Source of the DNA: Eledone cirrhosa
Lineage: Eukaryota
Direction: 5' to 3'
Assembly: GCA_964016885.1 (NCBI GenBank)
Contig: OZ024757.1
Span: forward strand, 23,436,001-23,500,000
DNA: 64,000 bases
The notes under the pieces were generated by a model. That model was not told the origin of the DNA, ran no database searches, and was given only the letters and a program-made list of their open reading frames with translations. Made by a program: the position numbers and the translations under genes. Positions 38,116 through 51,010 of this stretch are shown here, piece after piece (positions within the stretch are counted from its first letter, which is position 1; every line of letters begins with the position of its first letter).

Positions 38116-38450
38116 GGAGGTACATGGCTTAGTGGTTAGAGCATTGGCTTTGCAATCGAAAGGTTGTGAGTTCAATTCTAATGTGTTGTTTCCTTGAGCA
38201 AGACACTTTATTCCACATTGCTCCAGTTTACTCAGCTGTAGAAATGAGATGATAGGGACTGGGGTCCATATCATTCCACTGCAAAGTGGTCGTGGAGGTG
38301 CCACGGCAAAAAAGCACCCAGCACTCACTGTAAATGAGGTTGGTGTTAGGAAGGGCATCCAGCTGTAGAAATCAAGCCAGAATCAGTTCCTGTCCCACCC
38401 TTGCAAGCAAGGAAAAGCAGACGTAAATTGATGATGATGATGATGATGAT
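38116..38450 (+). mobile_element. SINE family B, short tail
   Basis: Consensus match with a small deletion after the B-box; preceded by an RTE tail stub and (TA)n. Confidence 0.9.
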
Positions 38451-39059
38451 TATATATATAGTCTACACTCTAGTTCAGTTGGCATTAGTAAGGGCTTCCG
38501 GTCGTAAAAATCAAGCCAAAATATTGATTCATATAAGCAAAACATGGTCACCTGACCTGACTTATCTCATAACATGACAAATTGTCTAACCCATGCAAGC
38601 CTAGAAAAAATAGATGTTTAATGGTGCTGCTGAAAATAATGATGATGGTGGTGGTGGTGGTGGTGGTTATGGTGATGGTTATGGTGATGCTTATGGTGAT
38701 GATGATATATAAAACCAGTGGTTGGCAGTTTGTGATTTATCATCATTTGGTTTTACTGAACTAAAAATATCTGAAAGACTTGGATGGAAATAGCTGGCAA
38801 CAGAGTTTTCTTATTGGTCAGAATGAAATGAAGAATCAGTTGATAAGTGGATCAATAAAAGATCAATAAAAGTAGTGAAGTAGCGCCATTTTTGGTACGG
38901 GATGTAATCTCAGAAGGGAGTTGGCTAATAACTTGGTTTTGGTCGAGGGACAAGGGGGAGGGGGTATAATGTGTGTATAGAGGGGGGGGCAGGGAATTGT
39001 GTCTGTGTAGAGGTGGGAGAGGGGAAGAACGTTTGTGTTGAGAGAGGGGTAGAGAGAGG

Positions 39060-39249
39060 TGTGGTGGTGGTGGTGGTGGTGGTGGTGGTAATGTTGGTGG
39101 TGGTAATGTTGGTGGTGTCGGCAATGGTGGTGGTGTCGGCAATGGTGGTGGTGGTGGTGGTGTTTGTCAGTAATGGTCATGGTGGTGGTAGTGATGTTAG
39201 CAGTAGTGGTCATGATAGTAGTGTTGGTGATGTTGTTAGTAATGATGGT

Positions 39250-39315
<66 letters not shown>

Positions 39316-39440
39316 GGTGGTGGTAGTCATCATCATCATGGTAGCATTAATGGCAGCTATAAAGTCGTAGTAGTAGTAGTAGTAGTAATAGCAGCAGTAG
39401 TGGTGGTTGTTGTCATCATCATCATCATCATCGTGGTGGT
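39060..39440. repeat. Compound GGT/AGC/AGT/CAT microsatellite
   Basis: Direct reading. Confidence 0.92.
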
Positions 39441-39825
39441 ATTAATGGCAGCTATAAAGTAAGTGATGGTAAAGCAGAAAGAAACTAAGTAAAGAAGACA
39501 CAAGTTTATCTGGGAATCATCTGTCAGATGTGACAGCTAACAGATGTGTTGTTTAGACTGACTCTAGCTCACTACAACCATACAAACAACACAGCCACAT
39601 TCATTTCATTCACATTATTTCTTTCTTTTTAAGACATGTATTGGTTCCCTGGTTCCTTGCTTCCCTGGTTCCAAACATTTGGATTGCTCACGCTATCAGG
39701 AAACAGTTTTCTTTCTTTTTTTATTTTTTAACTTTTTCCCCCCAGCTTTGAATTTTGCCTTTTTCCCCAGTTTTGTATATTGTATTTTTCCCCAGTTTTG
39801 TATATTGTTTTTTTCCCCAGTTTTG

Positions 39826-40153
39826 TGTCAGAAAACAGCACAGCTCCCATGACTTTCGGAAACATTTTTTCACGCTCAGAGTTGCTGAAGCATGGAACAA
39901 ACTACCTGCATCAGTTGTTAGCTGTTGAGACTCTGCATCCTTTAAGGCCTCCATGCTTCCCGAGATTTGCCAACACTACACCTAATGTTCCCCCTCCACA
40001 CACATACACACATGTATATCATGACTCTCGCACTATTCACTTCCCTGACATTTGTATATTATTCTATGTACTATACATGCACCTTTGACAAGTTGTAGTG
40101 CACCTGAGCACTTTACACAATAATTTCATTATTATTATTATTATTATTATTAT
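39826..40153 (+). mobile_element. CR1-type LINE 3' end inserted in a ~24-bp tandem repeat (39740-40340)
   Basis: RKHFFTLRVAEAWNKLPASVVSC*DSASFK motif, (ATT)n tail; TTTTCCCCAGTTTTGTATATTG units on both sides. Confidence 0.85.
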
Positions 40154-40419
40154 ATTGTATTTTTCCCCAGTTTTGTATATTGTTTTTTTCCCCAGTTTTG
40201 TATATTATTTTTTTCCCCAGTTTTGTATATTATTTTTTTCTCCAGTTTTGTATATTGTATTTTTCCCCAGTTTAGTATATTGTATTTTTCCCCAGTTTTG
40301 TATATTGTATTTTTCCCCAGTTTTGTATTTTTTTATATTGTGGCTGTCAAAACAACATGGACTATCAAGAAACGATTTGTTAATTAGTCATGGTTAATTA
40401 TAATCCAGTTTTAATGTGT

Positions 40420-40675
40420 GAATAACAGTGTTAAACTAATACTAATAGACAGAGCAAGGAAACAACAGTGTTAATGTAGGAATAACAGTGTTAATGTAGG
40501 AACAACAGTGTTAATGTAGGAACAACAGTGTTAATGTAGGGATAACAGTGTTAATGTAGGAATAACAGTGTTAAACTATAACTAATAGACAGAGAAAGGA
40601 AACAACAGTGTTAATGTAGGAATAACTGTTAAAATAATACTAATAGACAGACCAAGGAAACAACAGTGTTAAGAG
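40420..40675 (+). repeat. 20-bp minisatellite
   Basis: AA(C/T)AACAGTGTTAATGTAGG units. Confidence 0.9.
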
Positions 40676-40799
40676 TGATGTGTATGAAATGAGATGATAA
40701 AATTCCACCATGATGCATGGATGACTTGCTCTAAAGATCACGTTTGTTATAATGTCATTAATATTGCATTGTGAGCTTCATGCTAGATGTGTGCCTATT

Positions 40800-41260
40800 T
40801 TTCCTTGGTTTAGTATTTTGTGAGGGAAGGGTCACCTTTTTTCCCCAATTTAATATTTTGTGAGGGAAGAGTCACCTTTTTTCCCCAGTTTAATATTTTG
40901 TGAGGGAAGGGTCACCTTTTTTCCCCAATTTAATATTTTGTGAGGGAAGAGTCACCTTTTTTCCCCAATTTAATATTTTGTGAGGGACGGGACACCTTTT
41001 TTCCCAATTTAATATTTTTTGAGGGAAGGGTCACCTTTTTTCCCCAATTTAGTATTTTGTGCAGGAAGGGTCACCTTTTTTCCCCAATTTAGTATTTTGT
41101 GTGGGAAGGGTTACCTTTTTTCCTCAGTTTAGTATTTTGTGAGAGAAGGGTTACCTTTTTTCCTCAGTTTAGTATTTTGTGAGGGAAGGGTTATCTTTTT
41201 CCCCTCAGTATTTTGTGAGGGAAAAGTTACCTTTTTTTCCCCAGTTTAATATTTTGTGAT
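40800..41260 (+). repeat. ~40-bp minisatellite, ~11 copies
   Basis: TATTTTGTGAGGGAAGGGTCACCTTTTTTCCCC units. Confidence 0.92.
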
Positions 41261-41632
41261 TTCGTTTGTAAAATGTCATTAATATTGCATTGTGAGCTTT
41301 GTGTTTGGAGACGAGGTTTTTGTATTGGAAATAAAGACACTTGTATAGTGGGTTGCAGGGAAGTAATGGAGGAGATATGAACAGAGACAGGAATGAATGG
41401 GTTTAAAAGGTGTATAAAGTACTGAAGTAGTTAGTGAAGGGGGATAGGGGGAGGTGAAAATAGAAAGAATGGAGACAGAGACAGACTGCAAGATGATAAA
41501 GACAAAACGATGAAGCAGCCCTTATACAGTTATTCAGCCTCCAGGAAATAGCAGTCGAATTCCCCTCAAATGACACTTTAGCATTTACAAAATGGCAAGG
41601 ATACATTAACCCTATACAATTTGGATGTTTTA

Positions 41633-42570
41633 GGGGCTCGGTAAGCCTGGGGTGGGTGGAGAGCTCGGTAAGCCTGGGGTGGGTGGATGGCTCGGTAAGC
41701 CCCGGGTGGGTGGAGGGCTCGGTAAGCCTGAAGTGGGTGGAGAGCTCGGTAAGCCTGGGGTGGGTGGAGGGCTCGGTAAGCCTGGGGTGGGTGGAGGGCT
41801 CGGTAAGCCTGGGGTGGGTGGAGGGCTCGGTAAGCCTGGGGTGGGTGGAGGGCTCGGTAAGCCTGGGGTGGGTGGATGGCTTGGTAAGCCTGGGGTGGGT
41901 GGAGGGCTCGGTAAGCCTGGGGTGGGTGGAGGGCTCGGTAAGCCTGGGGTGGGTGGAGGGCTTGGTAAGCCTGGGGTGAGTGGAGGGCTTGGTAAGCCTG
42001 GGGTAGGTGGAGGGCTCGGTAAGCCTGGGGTGGGTGGAGGGCTCGGTAAGCCTGGGGTGGGTGGAGGGCACGATAAGCCTGGGGTGGGTGGATGGCTCGG
42101 TAAGCCTGGGGTGGGTGGAGGGCACGGTAAGCCTGGGGTGGGTGGAGAGCTCGGTAAGCCTGGGGTGGGTGGAGGGCTCGGTAAGCCCCGGGTGGGTGGA
42201 GGGCTCGGTAAGCCTGGGGTGGGTGGAGGGGAGGGCTCAGTAAGCCTGGGGTGGGTGGAGGGCAAGATAAGCCTGGTATGGGTGGAGGGCTCGGTAAGCC
42301 TGGGGTGGGTGGAGGGGAGGGCTCAGTAAGCCTGGGGTGGGTGGAGGGGAGGGCTCAGTAAGCCTGGAGTGGGTGGAGGGCTCGGTAAGCCTGGGGTGGG
42401 TGGATGGCTCGGTAAGCCTGGGGTGGGTGGAGGGCTCAGTAAGCCTGGGGTGGATGGAGGGCTCGGTAAGCCTGGGGTGGGTGGAGGGCTCGGTAAGCCT
42501 GGGGTGGGTGGAGGGCTTGGTAAGCCTGGGGTGGGTGGAGGGCTTGGTAAGCCTGGGGTGGGTGAAGGGC
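41633..42570 (+). repeat. 27-bp G-rich minisatellite, ~34 copies
   Basis: GGGGTGGGTGGAGGGCTCGGTAAGCCT units. Confidence 0.97.
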
Positions 42571-42622
42571 TCTCAAAGCCCCACCCTTTGCTTTATTCCT
42601 GAACTACTAATGTTATGACAGT

Positions 42623-42999
42623 AGATTGGCAATATCGGTAGAGGGTCGGACGCGATGCTTTCCAGCATAGTTACGTCCCTTTACGATCTGAGTTCAAATC
42701 CCGCCGAGGTTAACTTTGCCTTTCATCCTTACGGGGGTCGATAAAATAAAGTACCAGTAATGCACTGGGTAATTGCTGGCCTTGTGCCAAAAGTAGAAAC
42801 AATTATTAGGGCGGTGGATTGGCAGTATCGGTAGAGGGTCGGACGCCATGCTTTGCAGCATAGAGTTACGTCCCTTTACGGACCGAGTTCAAATCCCGCC
42901 GAGGTTAACTTTGCCTTTCATCCTTACGGGGTCGATAAAATAAAGTACCAGTAATGCACTGGGTAATTGCTGGCCTTGTGCCAAAAGTAGAAACAGTTA
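42623..42999 (+). mobile_element. Two head-to-tail SINE family A copies
   Basis: 42623-42806 and 42808-42999. Confidence 0.92.
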
Positions 43000-43080
43000 T
43001 GACAATAAAACTTGGCCCTTGTATAGACTATTGGGAGCGAAACATTTCTGCTTTACAAAATTATTGCTGACATCATTTTT

Positions 43081-43096
43081 CTGATGACGTCATCAG
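43081..43096. promoter_or_regulatory. Extended palindromic CRE (CREB/ATF-type) site
   Basis: CTGATGACGTCATCAG, a perfect 16-bp palindrome containing TGACGTCA. Confidence 0.4.
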
Positions 43097-43186
43097 TTGT
43101 AGCCAGGTGGGTTAAGATTTAGTACTTTTATAGTGTTCAAAATTCTTCCAGAACCACTAACGCTATGACCATGACACTTTGCAGGG

Positions 43187-45115
43187 ATATAGGTACTGTC
43201 ATGTAGGTACTGTATATATAGGTACTGTCATGTAGGTACTGTATATATAGGTACTGTATATATAGGTACTATATATAGGTACTGTCATGTACGTACTGTA
43301 TATGTAGGTACTGTGATGTAGGTACTGTATATATAGGTACTGTATATATAGGTACTATATATAGGTACTGTCATGTACGTACTGTATATGTAGGTACTGT
43401 GATGTAGGTACTGTATATATAGGTACTGTGATGTAGGTACTGTCATGTAGGTACTGTCATGTAGGTACTGTATATATAGGTACTGTCATGTAGGTACTGT
43501 ATATATAGGTACTGTGATGTAGGTACTGTATATATAGGTACTATATATAGGTACTGTCATGTAGGTACTGTATATATAGGTACTATATATAGGTACTGTC
43601 ATGTAGGTACTGTATATATAGGTACTATATATAGGTACTGTCATGTAGGTACTGTATATATAGGTACTGCGATGTAGGTACTGTATATATAGGTACTATA
43701 TATAGGTACCGTCATGTAGGTACTGTATATATAGGTACTGTGATGTAGGTACTGTATATATAGGTACTATATATAGGTACTGTATATATAGGTACTGTGA
43801 TGTAGGTACTGTGATGTAGGTACTGTATATATAGGTACTATATATAGGTACTGTCATGTAGGTACTGTATATATAGGTACTGTCATGTAGGTACTGTATA
43901 TATAGGTACTGTGATGTAGGTACTGTGATGTAGGTACTGTATATATATGTACTGTATATAGGTACTGTCATGTAGGTACTGTATATATAGGTACTATATA
44001 TATAGGTACTGTCATGTAGGTACTGCATATAGGTACTGTCATGTAGGTACTGTATATATAGGTACTATATATAGGTACTGTCATGTAGGTACTGTATATA
44101 TAGGTACTGTCATGTAGGTACTGTATATATAGGTACTGTGATGTAGGTACTGTATATATAGGTACTGTATATAGGTACTGTCATGTAGGTACTGTATATA
44201 TAGGTACTATATATAGGTACTGTCATGTAGGTACTGTATATATAGGTATTGTGATGTAGGTACTGTATATATAGGTACTGTGATGTAGGTACTGTATATA
44301 TAGGTACTATATATAGGTACTGTCATGTAGGTACTGTATATATAGGTACTATATATAGGTACTGTGATGTAGGTACTATATATATAGGTACTGTCATGTA
44401 GGTATTGTATATATAGGTACTGTATATATAGGTACTATATATAGGTACTGTATATATATGTACTATATATAGGTACTATATATAGGTACTATATATAGAT
44501 ACTATATATAGGTACTGTATATATAGGTACTGTATATAGATACTATATATAGGTACTGTATATAGATACTATATATATATAGGTACTGTATATATAGGTA
44601 CTATATATAGGTACTGTATATAGGTACTATATATAGGTACTATATATAGGTACTATATATAGGTACTGTATATATATAGGTACTGTATATAGGTACTCTA
44701 TATAGGTACTCTATATATAGATACTGTATATAGGTACTCTATATATAGATACTGTATATATAGGTACTATATATATAGGTACTATATATAGGTACTATAT
44801 ATATAGGTACTATATATAGGTACTATATATAGGTACTGTATATATAGATATTGTATATATAGATACTGTATATAGGTACTATATATAGGTACTGTATATA
44901 TAGGTACTGTATATATAGGTACTATATATAGGTACTATATATAGGTACTATATATAGGTACTCTATATATAGATACTGTATATATAGGTACTATATATAT
45001 AGGTACTATATATATAGGTACTATATATATAGGTACTATATATAGGTACTATATATAGGTACTCTATATATAGGTACTCTATATATAGGTACTCTATATA
45101 TAGGTACTGTCATGT
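43187..45115 (+). repeat. Variable 13-17-bp TAGGTACT-based tandem array
   Basis: TAGGTACT alternates with GTCATG, GTGATG, GTATATA or ATATA spacers. Confidence 0.96.
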
Positions 45116-45199
45116 ACTTTCTCTTTGCCATGTTTGCCACTAAATGTAACAACAATGCAATGCCAAAATTTGATTTTTGCAAAAAACAGATTAAACATT

Positions 45200-45398
45200 G
45201 TTACCATGATAACTACGGGGTTGGCATGGAAACAACATGGTTACCATAGCAACACATAACATTAAATTAGCAATGTTGTTTGGAGATATTGTTGTTTTGG
45301 TTTACAAAGACTGTTTAATCAAATGTTATAACAAGAAAAATAAAAGTAATGTCATCATTTAATACCACCTGTTCAACTCCTGCAGTTTCCATGGCAAC
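45200..45398. promoter_or_regulatory. Cluster of RFX X-box-like motifs
   Basis: GTTACCATGATAAC 45200, GTTGGCATGGAAAC 45220, GTTACCATAGCAAC 45240, GTTTCCATGGCAAC 45385. Confidence 0.6.
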
Positions 45399-45632
45399 AG
45401 AGAAAATGTTTTTGTTTTTTTTTAAATCAATTATGTGAGCAGTTAACAAGATCAATTTGAGGAAAATTGCCAACATTTCAAAGAAAAATCAGTTTTACTC
45501 TTAAGGTATGGGTCAACATGTGGTTATTGTAAATGACACATGACCAAGATGTCACACAGTGGAGTTGAACCCAGGTGCTAATGATCATGAAGTGAACATT
45601 TGGCTATATATATATATGTATATATATGTGGA

Positions 45633-45974
45633 GGAGGCACATGGCTTAGTGGTGAGAGCATTGGCCTTGCAATCGAAAGGTTGTGAGTTCAATTCTCAGA
45701 CCGGCTGATGTGCTGTTTCCTCGAACAAGACACTTTATTTCACATTGCTCCAGTTTACTCAGCTGTAGAAATGAGATGATAGGGACTGGGGTCCCTATCA
45801 TTCCACTGCCAAGTGGATGTGTAGGCGCCACAGCAAAAAAAGCACCTAGCCCACACTGTAAATGAGGTTGGTGTTAGGAAGGGCATCCAGCTGTAGAAAT
45901 CAAGCCAGAATCAGTTCCCGTCCCACCCTTGCAAGCAGGGAAAAGCGGACGTAAAATGATGATGATGATGATGA
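45633..45974 (+). mobile_element. SINE family B, short tail
   Basis: Consensus match; internal hairpin 45776-45801. Confidence 0.9.
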
Positions 45975-46389
45975 TATATATATATTCATAATGATATATA
46001 TGTATATATTTAGACATAGTCACAGATACATCTATGAGTGTGGCCACCTTCAACCGTGTGGCTCTTTTAAAAAATTAATTAAGCAAATAATTATTAATCA
46101 GAGCAATATAAAATTATAAGTTTGAAGAAAATATATCCAAATATATACAAAATATATCCAAATTTTCTCCTCCTTTGTCCGTAGAAATTAACCAGATAAA
46201 TAATCATTTAAACGGAGCTCAGTTTAAAATGTAACTATAAAGAAATAACAGATAAATGTTACAGACTTTCATATATATGTGTTTAGTGGTTCACCAGTGG
46301 ATAGAACTAGTCATTCTGTATAGCTAATCATGATGTAATAGTAGAAAAGCACTCTACGTTATACAACTCATCCAAATTCATAATAATAA

Positions 46390-46880
46390 TGAGTTGCCTT
46401 ACTACTATGGGAACCCACACATGGTAGAACAACAAAAGGTCAACCTCGTGCTACATTTCTGGAGTGAGTTTGTTAAGACAGTTAGATATCAGATATACAA
46501 AATTACTGAGGAAAGTGCAAAATGTATCTTGGAAGGAGCACAGAACAAACAAGTCTCTATATGGTGACTTGAGACTGATTACAGACGTCATAAAGTCTAG
46601 AAGACTCGGTCCTATAGATCACATATGGTAGAGATCAAGCAGAGGCATTAAACCAGTTACTGCTATAGGAACCCACACATGGTAGAACATATGGTTGGCT
46701 TCATGCTATGTTTCTGGAGCAGGTTTATAAAGACACGAATCTTAGAAAGAATGAATTCGTGGAAGCCATGTTGGATAGGGACAAGTGGAGGTGTATAATT
46801 ATCAATGTTGCCTGATGAAAATTGACATGATGCTGATGATGATGACAATGATGATGACAAGGAAGACGATGATGATAATG
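46390..46880 (+). mobile_element. RTE-clade LINE 3' fragment (separate family), pseudogenised
   Basis: LDIRYTKLLRKVQNVSWKEHRTNKSLYGDL...RRL, frameshift, LLL*EPTHGR...AMLDRDKWR, (GAT)n tail; EPTHGR segment also present at 46400-46480. Confidence 0.8.
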
Positions 46881-47264
46881 ACAAGAAAAACAGCAGTTTA
46901 TGTACTCGTTATAGTTTATAAACAAACAAAACAGAGAATAACACATTTATAATAGAATCTCCATGGCAATTGACACACAAATAAAGACTGCAATCTAAAA
47001 TGTCCTCCAATCTATGTCATACCTGATAATTACAGGTAGGATCAGGTATAGAATAACATTACAAAGTATTACAGTGACATCTGATCTTAGAAAATCTACA
47101 ATTTGCAGGTGATGTTAATATAAAACAGGGAGGAAAAAAAAAAAAACTCTTACAAACCTATAAAAAACCAAGACATGAGAAATATGGATTTTAAAATGTC
47201 TTTGATGGTGGCGCTAAATTTTAATACAATCATTATGATAATAAAGAGGAAGAACATTATATAC

Positions 47265-47796
47265 TGATGATGATGATGATGATGATGGTGGTGGTGTCAC
47301 ATATAATGATGTTGGTGACGATGATAGTGGCAGTGATGGTAAAAATGATAAGGATAGTGATGTCACACACGAGAGTGACGATGATGATGGTCATAATTAT
47401 AATAATGATGATGATGATGATGATGATGATGGCAGATGATGATGATGATGATGATGATGGCACACAATGCTGGTGATGATAATGATGTTTGTGGCGATAA
47501 TGGTACACATGATAGTGATGATGATGATGAGACTTATGATAATGATCGTAATGGCACACATTGATAATGATGCTGATGATAATATTGGTAATGATGGTGA
47601 CATACATTAATGCTGATGATGATGGCACACATGGTGATGATGGTGATGATGGATGGCACTAGCGCTAACAATGGTGGCAATGATGTTACTTATGATGATG
47701 ATGATGATGATGGTGGTGATGGTGGTGATAGTTATGATAATGCTATAGTGGTGAAGATAGAAATGTCAGTGACGGTTGTGATGTTGGTAATCATGT

Positions 47797-47827
<31 letters not shown>

Positions 47828-47870
47828 ACCAATACATGGTGGTGATGGTGGTGATGGTGTCAGGCACGAC
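47265..47870. repeat. Degenerate (GAT/GGT)n microsatellite
   Basis: Direct reading. Confidence 0.92.
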
Positions 47871-48015
47871 AATGATAAATGTTAGGAGCAAGGCCGAGTA
47901 GATTTATGGCAGAAATCTATTTAACTATAGTTTTCAGATTTGAAAATAATAATGAAAATTTAAATTTGAAAAAAAAAACAAAAAAAAACAACATAAAATA
48001 AAATAAAAACAAAAC

Positions 48016-48062
<47 letters not shown>

Positions 48063-48523
48063 GTGTTTCGTGGAAATGGGTGAAAAAAAACAATAAAACT
48101 TCAAAAGTTGTTTGTGATGTTGATATGCAATTGATTTGAAAGGAAGTAAAAGAAAAATGGATAATTTTTATTGGTTTTTCACAAAAATTATTTAAAAAAA
48201 AAAAGAGGGGGATTTTTCAAAAGATCTTTTCTCTTTGATGTTGTAGAATTCAAGTCATTATTGTCTGTAATCTGTACACACTCTCATCTCGCTCGTGTAT
48301 ACTTTTGTTATGTTTCTGTACACAAATATAGACGCACACACACACACACACACGTATGTATATATATATGAGGGAGGGGATGTCTGCGTGTGTGTTTGGA
48401 TTTAGAAATGGAAGAATAAGTACTCAATACATATAAAATGCATTAATTTATTATTCAGAATAAATGATATTTATTATATATATATATATTATATATATTA
48501 TATACATATATATATATTATATC

Positions 48524-48557
<34 letters not shown>

Positions 48558-48816
48558 ATATCATATATATATATATTATATACATATACATGTATATTTT
48601 TGTGTGTATATATACACATGCACACAGGTGCATGTGTATATACACATGCACCTGTATGTATATACACATGTATGTATATACCTGTATGTATATACACCTG
48701 TATGTATATACACATGCCCACATAAAATGCGTATATGCCAATGTTATATCCATATACTCCTACATACATACATACACACACATACATAACAGTTAACTAT
48801 TGATTGTAGAATGTGT

Positions 48817-48860
<44 letters not shown>

Positions 48861-49129
48861 TAAACACTTAACTGGAACTCCCATTTTCCTAAACAAGCTG
48901 TCTAACTTAATACAAAGCACATATATTAAAATCTTTGTACAACACACATACTATAAAGTTGCTAGTTTAAGTATTTCATCCATAAATATTTAGATTTAAT
49001 CTGAAGTATCTCTTGTCACACTATAAATACAACAAAAGCAGCAGATAGAAATGTAAATTTATATGCTACATTAAGAAAATGCAATCATTTCAGTAACACA
49101 TACACATCCCTTTCATTATTTTAAAATCA

Positions 49130-49250
49130 TTCTGAGTTCAAATCCCGCCGAGGTTAACTTTGCCTTTCATCCTTACGGGGTCGATAAAATAAAGTACCAG
49201 TAATGCACTGGGTAATTACTGGCCTTGTGCCAAAAGTAGAAACAATTATT
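49130..49250 (+). mobile_element. 5'-truncated SINE family A
   Basis: B-box through tail. Confidence 0.85.
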
Positions 49251-49336
49251 TTAAAATCAATTTATTGTTTCTTAGTTTGGCACGAGGCCAGCAATTTGAT
49301 GACAGGACGACAGGCTGTAGCATATGTCCAGTGAAG

Positions 49337-50223
49337 GCCCCAGCCCACACTGTAAAATGGTTGTGATGGCGACACAACAAAAAGCACTCAGCTCACACTG
49401 TAAAGTGGTTGTGTAGGAGTCACAACAAAAAGCACCCAGCTCACACTGTAAAGTGGTAGTGTAGGAATCATGACAAAAAGCGCTCAGCCCATACTGTGAA
49501 GTGGTAGTGTAGGAATCATGACAAAAAGCGCTCAGCCCACACTGTAAAATGGTCATGTAGGAGTCATGACAAAAAGCGCTCAGCCCACACTGTAGGAGTC
49601 ATGACAAAAAGCACCAAGCCCACACTATAAAGTGGTTGTGTAGGAGTCATGACAAAAAGCACCAAGCCCACACTATAAAGTGGTTGTGTAGGAGTCATGA
49701 CAAAAAGCACCAAGCCCACACTATAAAGTGGTTGTGTAGGAGTCATGACAAAAAGCACCAAGCCCACACTATAAAGTGGTTGTGTAGGAGTCATGACAAA
49801 AAGCACCAAGCTCACACTGTGAAGTGGTTGTCTAGGAGTCATGACAAAAAGCACCAAGCCCACACTATAAAGTGGTTGTGTAGGAGTCATGACAAAAAGC
49901 ACCAAGCTCACACTATAAAGTGGTTGTGTAGGAGTCATGACAAAAAGCACCAAGCTCACACTGTAAAGTGGTTGTGTAGGTTTCATGACCAAAAACACCC
50001 AGCACACACTGTGAAGTGGTCATGTAGGTGTGTCACAACAAAACGCACCCAGCACACACTGTAAATGTGGCATTAGGAAGGGCATCCAGCCATAGAAACC
50101 AAGCCAGAAACAGTTCTGTGTGATCAAGACATGGCCACCTGACCCAACTTTTCTCAAACGAGACAACCTGTCTAACCCATGCTGGCGTGGAAAAATGGAC
50201 ATTAAACGATGATGATGATGATG
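49337..50223 (+). mobile_element. RTE 3'UTR with internal 48-bp repeat expanded to ~15 copies
   Basis: AAAAGCACCAAGCCCACACTATAAAGTGGTTGTGTAGGAGTCATGACA units run into GGAAGGGCATCCAGCC...GGACATTAAACGATGATG. Confidence 0.88.
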
Positions 50224-50357
50224 TGGAGGAAAGTCAATTATCATATATATTCAAATATAAGCCAAGGAAAATGTGACCAAAATATCAATGGGGTCAATAT
50301 TTTAATGATTTTCCCCAACTTCAAATTCCACATAATATTCTAGTATATATGGGGAGT

Positions 50358-50480
50358 ACTGTATATACTCAAATATAAGCCGAGGAATATGTGACTAAAA
50401 ACCAATGTAGAAGGGATCAGATTTTTGCCCATTTCTCAAATATAAAATAGTGAGATCAGCTTATATTCAAGTATATACTA
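50358..50480. mobile_element. pogo/Tigger-like MITE
   Basis: TIRs GTATATACTCAAATATAAGC / GCTTATATTCAAGTATATAC. Confidence 0.6.
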
Positions 50481-51010
50481 TAAATCAACCCATATTATTT
50501 GACTGACTAGTACTTTATTTTATCAAGTCCAGAAGGATGAAAGTCAAAGTTGACCTCAGCGGGATTTGAACTCACTGAAAAATATACCATAAAGGCATTT
50601 TGTATAATGCTCTACCAATTAATTTTGGATCTCTGCTCTCTTAATTCAAATCCCACCGAGGTCAACCATGCTTTTCATCAATTTGTGGTTGATAAAATAT
50701 GTAGCAGTCTAGTACTAGGGTCAATTCTTCCTCTATATCTCTACTTTCCCTTCTCTCACTATCTCTTTTCTTCTCTGGAAGAAATCTGCTGTATTCAGAC
50801 CTGGACTCCACCCCAATGTATGTCAATATGGCACGCTGTATGTCAATATGGCACCCCTATAACTCCCTCGGGAGTTACGGGACCATGCATGTATGAATAT
50901 CTATCTTACACCCTTGCATCATAATTCTTGATAATTTTCAAAATTATTTGAAAATCATAGTATCTTTCATTAGAAATTTGGTAATGGAAGAGTTAAAGTG
51001 TTTATATTTA

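Noticed and set aside
38852-39462. Poly-His/Thr/Ser/Val ORFs (also at 7.8, 47.3 and 53.7 kb)
   Set aside because: Trinucleotide microsatellites open in several frames.
41403-42618. Pro-rich (extensin-like) and Gly-rich (elastin-like) ORFs
   Set aside because: The 27-bp satellite is open in many frames and has frame-breaking 5-bp insertions; no coding signature.
43081-43096. CTGATGA on both strands as a hammerhead core
   Set aside because: No stem II-GAAA follows; better read as a CRE palindrome.
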